DNA of 64,000 nucleotides from the human T2T-CHM13v2.0 reference genome, Homo sapiens: NCBI RefSeq assembly GCF_009914755.1, contig NC_060934.1; one strand, 5' to 3'. Shown piece by piece: positions 54,443 to 64,000 of this stretch (position 1 is its first letter; each line of letters starts with the position of its first letter). The notes under the pieces were generated by a model. It saw only the letters and a program-made list of their open reading frames with translations, ran no database searches and was not told where the DNA came from. The position numbers and the translations under genes were made by a program.

Positions 54443-55531
54443 AACCAGGAAGTGGTGCTTTCAAGAATGCATCAGCTGCAGTCCTATAGGGAGGATGCAG
54501 ACTTGCCCTAGGTTCACCTGGTTAAGTATTCATGTTTCTCAGGCAGTGGGTAAGGCCATAAAGCTCCCAAGAGATTATGACCTTTGTCTTTGGCTACGAG
54601 AGCGGGTAGAGAAAGACCACCAGATGGGGGCAGGGATAGGTGTGTGTCTGAGCTCAGTCTTTCCTTGGGCGGGGCTTGCTGTGGCTGCTGTGGGGGATGG
54701 GGATGTGGTTCCCAGTCCAGTGGAGTTATATTCCCAGGGGGATTATGGCTGCCTCTGCTGAGTCATACAGTCTGCCAGGGAAGTGAGGGAAAGCTGGCAG
54801 TCATAGGCTTCACCCCACTCCCATGCTGCCCACAGTTTTAAAGGCTGGTCTCACTCCTTCTGTGCCCACCCCCTCCCCAAACAGCACCGAGTCTATTTTC
54901 AGGCAGCAGGTGATCAGGACTGAGAACTTGCCCCAAACCACAAGCCTTCCCATTAAGAAAGTAAGCAGACTCACAGTTTTTCCATGTCTCAGAGAGCCTG
55001 CAGCAGCGATCCAGTTCCTTCAAAGGGTCTGTGGATTATCTCGGCTTTCCTGGTATGTTCCTGTGGTAGTTATTGGAGCAAAAGTTTATGACATGAGTCT
55101 CCACATGCTGCTCTGTCCCTCTAAACAGGGACTACAAGCTAATCCCGCCTCCTATCTGCCATCTTAATCCCTTCCTGCATGTTTTAAATCATCTCTAGGT
55201 TACTTACAGTACCTAATACAATGTAAATGCCATGTAAACAATTGTTAATTGTTATACTGATTGTTTAGGGAATAATGACAAGAAAAAAAGTCTGTACAGG
55301 TTCAGTACAGATGCAACCATCTTAAATCTAACCACATCTTCTATCCAAGGTTGGTTGAATCTGTAGGTGCAGAGCTCATAGACATAGAGAGCCAACTGTA
55401 TATGCAATGCACTAGGTGGCAGTTGATTGGGGACCATGACTTTTTGAGTGCTATGGGGCCAAGGGAGAGGGTCTGAAACTGAGAAGTTGTGTCCTGGGAA
55501 GGAAACCTTGAAGAAGAGTCACTCAGCCTCA

Positions 55532-55772
55532 ACCAATCTCCTGACTGAAAAAAGAATCAGCATCTCAATTTAAAAAATCTAATTGTTCCTCACCCTGATC
55601 TGTCCCTTAGGAGCAAAACTTTATGTAATATACATTTACCTTTTTCCTTGTTAGCTCGTTTATGAAACCATTTCCTATCCATTATATGACTAAATATTCA
55701 TGATTACCTGATGAGACAGGTGGTCTTGGTGGGTCTCCATTTTACAGATGAGGAAACTGAGTTTTAGTGAAT
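55532..55772 (+). repeat. Local duplication copy B (empty of the Alu monomer)
   Basis: Paralog of 42094-42623, about 85% identical by eye. Confidence 0.92.
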
Positions 55773-55984
55773 CATCTAAGGTTACATGCTTTATAGCAGC
55801 AGGCATTTGCAGGGTCCTAGTCTCAAGTTTGTTTCTGTATCCATTTGCTTTGCCTTCTAGCTCCTGCTAGGTGCTCGGCACAGCTTCTAATCAATACCAT
55901 GGGCCCCTGGCAGCACCTTGGGGTGAGAGATGTGGCTTGCTGCACCTCCTGAGATAGGAGTTGAGATGTCAAAATCAGGGCATT

Positions 55985-56660
55985 GTTAGAACCAAAAAGT
56001 CCAGCTCTAAATATCTGACTGGCTTGGTCAGAGCTGAGCTGTGAGGTTTTAAGTGGAAGAAATTACCAGAGTATTTATCAATTACAGCTCTAAGGAGTCT
56101 TTGTTCTCAGATAATAGAGTCAAGATGAATGTGGCGTAATATTGCCATAATATTGCTAAGCCCTACCCCTGAAATGGGCAATGTGGCATTGGATAGTTTA
56201 GACATGCAAGCCTTGAGATCAAGAAGTGGATAGACCAGACTTGGTGCAGTAAAGCTAATTGTGAGGGAGTGTATGGATATGGTGTGGGGTGGGGAGAAGT
56301 GCTGGTATAACTCACAATTGGATATTACCATCTGATGCTATGACCTCAAGCACAGAGATTCCACCCAAGCAATAGTTGCCACCATGCTCTTCTTAAGATG
56401 GCTTGAATTAGAGCTAGAGTTCTCTGGGTTCCTAACCTAGACTTTGGGGTCTTTCAGAGTTCTCTATCCTGCTTTTCCTCAGGAATTAAATGGAAGCTAC
56501 GTGTTGATGGCCTGGCCTCCTATTGTCCCCCAAAATCGTACCTTTCGTCCAGTTGATGCCTGAGACCCCTGCGGTTCTAAATAGCAGCACTTGCCCACAC
56601 TAGCCATGAGGGGAGAATCCAATACCTAAAAGCCCAGTAAAATTTGGATCCTCTGTGCTC
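55985..56660 (-). mobile_element. Probable degenerate Gypsy protease-RT fragment
   Basis: ILLG (~56635); AWVES / VIASDGNIQL*VI; LLDLK; GLSNIMAILRHIHLDSII; VIDK. Confidence 0.4.
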
Positions 56661-57089
56661 ATGAACTGAAAGTCACAAAAAGAAAGAATCCTCAAGTTAG
56701 GAGGGACCGATCAGAGCCCACATATCCAAGGGGAAGGCTTATTTAATCCTGCTCTCCTGATAACATTTTCTCCTCCACCTTCCATACCATACGGGTAATT
56801 ATGGTATTATATTGGGAGAATACTGAAACTCAGAGGAGATTGTAAAATGTTCCCCAGCAGGGTTTGGTCTTTTATATAACCTTATAAACACCCTTTTTGT
56901 CTTATATATCCCTTGTTCAAACTGTCCATTTTGAAGCTAGGCTGCAGATAACCCTGCCCTAATCACCGAGCAGACAGGCAACATACAATTCCTAAGTGTT
57001 TGAGAACCAGATATCCTCTATTAACTATCTCAGGACTTGAAAGGGTCACACTGCTGAAAAAGGGCACTTGGCACCAGGAACATCTGTAT

Positions 57090-57360
57090 TAGAGGCAGTA
57101 TACAACAGTAGTTGACAGCTCAGACTCTGGAGCCACACTGTCTTTGTTCAAATCTCAGGTTTGTCACTTATTAGCTGCATAACCTTGGGCATATTATGTA
57201 ATCTCTCTCTGCCTCAGCTTCCTCCAATGTAAAATGATGGCATTTATAGATCCTATCTGGTAGGGCTGTGTGAGGATTGACTTCAATCAGGCATGTAAAG
57301 GGTTTAGCGCAGCTCCTGGCACACATTGAGCCCTTGTTAACTGTTAAATGCTATTCATTA
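57090..57360 (+). mobile_element. MIR
   Basis: cagactctggagcca...ccttgggc...ctctctctgcctcagcttcctc. Confidence 0.85.
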
Positions 57361-58014
57361 CGAAGCGACAGGTGTCACTTTCCTCCTCTAGGGTGTTTCT
57401 TTCTCTTCCTTATGTCTTTGAGACCCACCCCTGACCTTCTCCCTACTTTACATTTCTGAAGCCAGCTGCTCCAACATTTCTTCCTTCTTGTCCAGGATGC
57501 AAAAGAAAAACAGTTCGCACACGAGCAATTAAAAAAAAAAATATCGCTTATAGCATCACTCTAAACCAATATACCACAGCTCATTATCCAAGAGCTAAGG
57601 GCCTTTTAAGCCAGCAATTTCTTATTTATTCTGTTAAAAAAAACACACACAAGGTCCTTTGGTTTCATATTCCTTTATTGTATTTTGTAAGGCACTGAGC
57701 ACATACTGGCTACTATGTAAATGTGAAATACTCTAACAATAGTAACTGAGACAGATGAGAAACTCGAGAAAGCAAAGTCACCATTTTGAATTTAGTGTTT
57801 TATTGATGGGCTGAGTGATTTGGGAGAGACAGTGTGGCTCCGAGGCTAAAGAGCCCGTAGGGAATCAGAGGGCAGAGGTTTGAATCTCAGTCATAGCAGC
57901 AGCTCTGAGTAGCTCTGGCGACCCCAGGCAAGCAGCTTCCTTCCCCTGGACCTCAAATTCTCCCCATAAATACTGGGCTTAATGCCACAAAGCCATCTCC
58001 CAGGGATGTTAAGC

Positions 58015-58197
58015 TGGGGCTGCTGTATGTGGTTGTGCACATTGTGCACTGCACAGGGGCACCAGCTGAGGGGGTAAGTGGTAGCTGAAATCTCGTCCAT
58101 ATTCTGCACCCTGGTGATGGGCCATGACCATCTGAAGGAAGGGAGCACTTTTTCCTAATTTTCATAACACTACTATATGGGTTAGTAGAGGCCCTGT
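58015..58197. mobile_element. hAT-type MITE (MER91-like)
   Basis: ggttgtgcacattgtgcactgcac...gaggccctg. Confidence 0.5.
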
Positions 58198-58899
58198 ATT
58201 AAGGAATGTGACAGTGATGGGGCACAGAGTTTAGCAAGTAAAATAAATAAGTTTATTCGACACAGTTATAGTATACCTACTATGTGCAAGGCCCAATTCT
58301 AGGGGCTGAAGATACAGAGATGGATATAACCTATTAGTGCCCTTGGGTCCTCTTTTTCCTTCACCAGTCCATCCTCTCCTATATTCAATCCATCAGCAAG
58401 TCCTGTTGACTCAAAAGATCAAATACACCCACTTCTCTCCATCCCTCTGCAAGCACTTTGTTTCATTATTTCTCACCTAGCCTACTGCAATAGATGGGCT
58501 CCCACTTCTACTCCAGTCTTCTAAACCAAAGCAGGAGCAATTGCATTAAAATATGAATCAGATAACATCATCCTCTTTTTAAAACCCCCTTTTTGGTGGC
58601 TATAATTTAATCCAGGGTTCTGACCATGGCCTTGAGGCTGTGCATACCTGGCTCTAATTACCACCTCAGGTCATCTAGACCACTTAAACTACACTCTCTC
58701 TACCCCAGGAAAACGGACCACTCTGTCCCTCAAACAGCCTGGCTCTTTCTTTGTGTGGTCTGATCCCTTTGGCTGGAGCACACTTTCCCCGGTTCTCCAT
58801 CTCTTTCTCAACCTTCAGTGCTCAGTGGAAAGGTTGTCTACTCAGAGAGGTCTTCTTAGACCACCTTGTTAAAGTAGTGTAGTATTTTATGTCCATCAC

Positions 58900-59271
58900 T
58901 GTAGTCATTGGTTCTTGCATTCCTATAAAGAACTACCTGAGACTGGGTAATTTATAAATAAAAGAGGTTTAATTGTCTCATGGTTCTGCAGGCTCTACAG
59001 GAAGCATGGCCAGAGAGGCCTCAGGAAACTTACAATCATGGCAGAAGGTGAAGGGAAAGCAGGTGCATCCTACATTTCTGGAATAGGAGAAAGAGAAAGA
59101 CGGCGAGGTGCCGCACACTTTTAAGCCATCAGATTTCATGAGAACTCACTGTCACGGGAACAGCAAGGGAGAAATACGCCCACATGATCCAATCACCAGG
59201 CCCCACCTCCAACATTGGTGATTACAATTCGACATAAGATTTGGATTGGGACACAAATCCAAACCATATCA
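58900..59271 (-). mobile_element. MSTA LTR
   Basis: gaactacctgagactgggtaatttat...gacacaaatccaaaccatatca. Confidence 0.9.
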
Positions 59272-59554
59272 ACTGTCATTCATGGCCAGGATGTTCTACT
59301 GCACAGCAGCCTGCTCCATTTGAAAGTACAGAGTTCTTTGCTTATTTCTTGTTTTATCTGCTAGATTATAAGCTCCGTTACAGTAGGGACCATGCTTGTG
59401 TGTTCTCCACTGCGTGCCCCCTCATCACCTTGCTAAGTCTCTGGTGCACAGTAATAAAAATCAATACATATTTGCTCAATGAAGTTGATACAAGGAATTC
59501 TTCCAATAGAGGAGTGGACATTACAATATAATGTAGATGTGTGATATGACAAAG

Positions 59555-59937
59555 GCATTGATATGCTAGTAAACTGGCTCTTCGACAGCAACAACAACAA
59601 AAAGAAGCCCTGATTTGTCATTTGCTGATTTCCACGGAGTATTTACACACACACACATTACAAATCACAGCAGATTTCAAACTACCAATGGCTAAAACCG
59701 GCTTGCAAAAATTCCTGAACATCTAACAGTTGTCTCTTTAAAGCTGGTATGAGGCTGGGGGTGGTGGCTTATGCCTGTAATCTCAGCACTTTGGGAGGCC
59801 AAGGTGCAAGGACTGCTTTAGCCCTGGAGTTCGAGACCAGCTTGGGCTACAGAGTGATAACTCGTCTCTATTAAAAAATTAAATAAATAAATAATAAATA
59901 ACAAAGTTGGTATGAGCTGGCTCTAGCATATCACTGG
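59555..59937. mobile_element. hAT DNA transposon (MER63-like) with a nested Alu monomer at 59754-59900
   Basis: gccctgatttg...ggcttgcaaaaattcctgaa; monomer TSD aaagctggtatgag / aaagttggtatgag. Confidence 0.6.
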
Positions 59938-60726
59938 AAGAGAGGCCAACATGGGTGGGATGAGTGTCCAGGAAAGGAGCACTAATTTGTCTTGGTGGGG
60001 GTGGGGGGCCGAGTTCAGCAAAGGCTTCCTGGAGGAGATGATACTTGACTTGTGTTTTGAAGGGTGGGTATGCTGGCTCTGGCCTGATACCTCTAAACTG
60101 AATAACATAGTCCAGTTCCCCATAGGCCACATTTCACTGTTTCTGGGTCCCCTACTGAGCCCACTGCTGTAATGCCTGAGGCTTATCATCTGACTCAGCA
60201 CAATCCTCAGAAAATCCTTTCGTGTGGCTGGTGTTCTACTGGGTTTCCTCTGAATCCCACAGAGGAGAATTACATAGCAGTATAAGTTAGTCAAGGGAGA
60301 AGGGAGAGGGTTTTCCAAACAGAGGGAGAGCTTATACAAAGGTTAAAGAGCAAGCGCTACAGCAGTTTGGTAAATCTAAGGTGTCTATGGGAGGGAGAAG
60401 AAGGAGATTAGCTCCTGACAGGCTTTGTTTGATAGGGTAAGGAACATAAACTGATTCCCAATCTGGGCTGGGGCAGGTGGGAGAGAAGGGGAAAGGGACC
60501 AATTATAATACTTTTCCTCCATAATTCTTATTACAGCTGGTAACTATGGGTTTTTTGTTGGTTTTGATTTTTGGTATGAAATCATTTAATATCTGTCTCT
60601 TCCAAGAGAATGTAAACTCCACAAGGGCAGGTAATATTCGGTTCACTGTTGTTTTCTCAGTACCCAGCACTGGTACATAGCAAGCAACAAAATGTATTTT
60701 GTTGAATGACTGAATAACCAGGGAAC

Positions 60727-61023
60727 TTTATTTTATTTTTAATTTTTTTGAGACAGGATTGCTCAGGCTGGAGGGCAGTGGCACAATCATGGCCCACCAT
60801 AACTTTATTCTTGGGCTCAAGCAATCTCCCCACCTCAGCCTTCCAAGTGGCTAGGACTACAGGCTTGTGCCACCATGGCTGGCTAATTAAAAAAATTTTT
60901 TTTTGCAGAGATGAGATCTCCTTATGTTGTCTAGGCTGGTCTTGACCTCCTGGGCTCAAGTAATCCTCCCACCTCAGCCTCCCCAGTTGCTGGGATTACA
61001 GGCATGAGCCACCACAGTGGGCC
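60727..61023 (-). mobile_element. AluJ
   Basis: Antisense dimer with gggctcaag. Confidence 0.9.
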
Positions 61024-61122
61024 TCCTCGGGAATTTTTTAAAAAATGCCCATGTCCACCTACCCTACAGTAAGATTTCCTATAAATCTTCTTTCACTGAA
61101 CCTCCCAACCACAATACTGGAT

Positions 61123-61410
61123 TCTGATTGCCTGGTGAGTTTTTCCTGCCCACTGCACAGACAAAACCAATTCACTGAGACCATGGCAGAGCAGTAAAGA
61201 ATTTAATTGATGACAGAGTTATCTTAAATCAAACTCCCTGAAGGTTCAGAGGTTAGGGTTTTTATGGACATTTTGGTGGGCAGGGGGCTAGGGAATGGGT
61301 GCTGCTGATGGGTTGGGAATGAAATCATAGGGGTGTGGAAAACAGTCCTCATGCTCTGAGTCCACCTCTGGGTGGGGCCACAGGAGCAGCTGAGTCATGA
61401 GTTAGGAGTC
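61123..61410 (-). mobile_element. ERV1 LTR fragment (LTR8-related)
   Basis: ttcctgcccactgcacagacaaaaccaattcactgagacc...ggggctagggaatggg. Confidence 0.55.
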
Positions 61411-61449
61411 CTGAAGAAGGAACAGATTCAAGGAGTACTTGGGAGATAG

Positions 61450-61925
61450 TGAGAGAAGAAAGAGACCCTCTCATATTGTTTTATATTGTTTTATACTCAG
61501 TACCTGTTTTAAGAAAAAAAACAAGGAAGTGAAACCAAAGGCAGGCAGCCCAGCACCAGGCACCAGACCCAAAACCAGACCTGAAACCAGGCCTGGGCCT
61601 GCCTGGCCTAAACCTAGTAGTTAAAAATCAACTCATGACTTAGCATAGATTCCAGGCATTGTATGGAAGAACATTGTACTCTGTTCTGTTTCACTCTGAC
61701 TACCACTGCATGAAGCCCCTGTCACATACACCCCAGATTGCTCAATCAATCACGACCCTTTCATGTGAAATCTTTAGTGTGGTGAGCCCTTAAAAGGGAC
61801 AGAAATTGTGCACTCGGGGAGCTTGGATTTTAGGACAGTAGCTTGCCGATGCTCCCAGCTGAATAAAGCCCTTCGTTCTACAACTTGGTGTCTGAGAGGT
61901 TTTGTCTGCGGCTCGTCCTGCTACA
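61450..61925 (+). mobile_element. ERV1 solo LTR (LTR2B-like)
   Basis: tgagagaagaaagagaccctctcatattg...aataaagccc...ggctcgtcctgctaca; perfect 4-bp TSD atag. Confidence 0.88.
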
Positions 61926-62019
61926 ATAGAATCTCCAAGATTTGGTGACCATTTGAATATTGGAGGAAGAGGAAGTGAGAAAGGAGGAATCAGGTTAAAG
62001 AGTGAATATTAATGAGTAG

Positions 62020-62438
<419 letters not shown>

Positions 62439-62889
62439 TGAGCTCAGGTGAGAAGGGACTGGAGTGTCCCCTCTCCCACCCCAATTTTAAGAACTCTGGA
62501 AAACACCAATATTTTAGAGGTAAGTTAGAGGAAACAAAGTAGAATGAATTCAGAGAAGGAAAACCTGGATAGTGTCATAGAAAATAAGTGATAATGCCCA
62601 ATAGCGTCAAATGACTAAAGCTTGAGTTAGATGAGTCCGGAAATACCTCCAATGAGTTTGGCAACAAGGACACTTATGACAACAAGGCATTTTCCATGGG
62701 GGCGGAAGCTGCGATGAGGAGTGAACACAGATGAGCAAGTAGAGACAGTGTAGATTATCTTTTTCAAAAAACTTGGCTGTGAACGGAGGAAGTGAGATGG
62801 TATAATTGAGTGGAATGTAAGGAGATTTGCGCACGTATATAGCCGAGAGGAATGAGGGAGGGTTGAAGGGACAGGAGCAGAAATGCTCT

Positions 62890-63620
62890 CCGGCACTCGC
62901 CATTTTGCCAGCTTCTCCCCTACGTGACCTGAACTCAGTGGGCGCGGCCGGGCCTCGCGGAAACTACAACCCCCAGAAGGCCCCACGGCGTTGGGGGCGG
63001 AGCCGAGGCCTGACGCGCGCCCCAGCGGCGCGAGCGGAAGAGATAGAGCTTCGCGGAGACGGCGGAAGCGGAGAGCAACAGCGCGCCGGTAACAACCAGC
63101 CCCGTATCCCCTCCCTCTGTACCTCAAGCTAGGATTTTTAATCCCCACTTCTCCCTTCACAGCCCGGGACAAGACTTCCATTCCGTCGTTTGTTGCTGGT
63201 ATTTTTTTTCCTCATGTGACGCGAGGGGCCGCCCCCTGCCTGGGGCGGAGGTTACTGGGAAGCTCCCGCCTTCTGACCCCTGCGGGCCCGCGGTTGAGAG
63301 GGACCCTCCCGGGGCTCTTTTGCACTCACTGGGGCTCGTGCTCGCTTTGGGCGCTCGCCCCAAATGATCCTGGCGGAAAGGACGTGCTTTTTCTGGGTTT
63401 CAACAGGTATTGAGCGGGGTCCCTGGTTACCCCCTCGGGGCTGCGGGGCCGTGGGCCCCCAGGGCTGCCGGCGGTTTCCGGGCTTCGCTTCGAGCCTCGC
63501 CTTTGAGCCTCCTCCGCTGCCCGGGAGCCCCGGGCTACGGGCTGGGAGTGAGCAATCTATAAAGGAGCATGTACTTCCTGCTTTTTCTTGGCAGGCCTGC
63601 GAAAAACCCCAAGTCCGATC
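62890..63620. promoter_or_regulatory. CpG-island promoter, probably bidirectional; candidate non-coding first exon on +
   Basis: Only CpG-dense non-Alu region. YY1 CGCCATTTTG 62898-62907; ZNF143/THAP11-type ACTACAACCCCCAGAAGGC 62963-62981; GC box ~62994; ETS-like GCGGAAG at ~63033 and ~63062; donor-like CCG|GTAACA 63089, CAG|GTATTG ~63407, TTT|GTGAGT 63631. Confidence 0.85.
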
Positions 63621-64000
63621 TTTAAAGTTTGTGAGTGCAGCCCCCTCTCAGTTGTGTACGGGAAGGAGCACAGGATTTGGAGTCTGATATCCTGGGGGAA
63701 GTCTCAGTCCGCCACTTGGCTGGACCTGTGATCTTTTGTACAGTAGTCTGTTTAGCGCAGCCTCGGTTTCGTTGTCTGAAAAGTGGGGTTAATGTTCTTT
63801 GCCCTGCGGCCTTCCAGGGTTGTGGGCTTCAGCAGAAGTGATATTCCTGCGAAAGCTTTGAACTCTAAAGTATGTTTCGGGTATAACCTTGCCATCCCCC
63901 AGTCTCCAGTCTAGGTCAGTTGAGTTTTAAAACCAGGTTCATGTCTATACGAAGATCAAATTAGTTAATAAATAGGGGGAAAGTGTCTTTGGAAACGAAT

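Larger units (their letters stand above)
45755..55170 (-). mobile_element. Near full-length L1PB-type element (inactive)
   Basis: Minus-strand ORF fragments of ORF2 (MGRINIVKM..., [40 protein letters not shown]) and ORF1 (ENIFEGIIEEKFPRLARDLDIQIQEAQRTP); 5' UTR to ~55170; about 6 kb after removing nested inserts. Confidence 0.92.

Noticed and set aside
62890-63620. Naming the downstream gene (ZBTB40 came to mind)
   Set aside because: No coding sequence is in the window and the recollection cannot be verified; BLAT would settle it.
62607-63687. ORFs over the CpG island, including MASAGEHF... and the 184-aa minus-strand ORF
   Set aside because: GC-rich stop-poor sequence, and the minus-strand ORFs run into L2; no recognisable protein.

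Overview
Primate (very likely human) gene-poor genomic DNA. Most of the window is interspersed repeats (Alu, L1, L2, MIR, MaLR/ERV LTRs, DNA transposons), and it ends in a CpG-island promoter at ~62.9-63.6 kb whose gene cannot be named from this sequence. I can support no protein-coding exon; the ORFs I examined are repeat-derived, low-complexity or chance ORFs. The main result comes from reading the apparently unique DNA between the younger repeats. A very old, dead Ty3/Gypsy LTR retrotransposon (gag, RT, RNase H, integrase) runs colinearly on the + strand across ~28.2-37.3 kb, cut apart by L1, L2, MIR, MaLR, LTR8, Alu and microsatellite insertions. A probable second Gypsy protease-RT fragment lies on the - strand at ~56 kb. 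Also present: two fragmented CR1/L3 LINEs, a full-length nested L1PB, four local templated-insertion or duplication scars, and several enhancer-like unique blocks. Family assignments come from manual translation and recalled consensus motifs, not database searches. Subfamily names, percent identities and most repeat boundaries are approximate, and many small MIR/L2 fragments are not listed individually.
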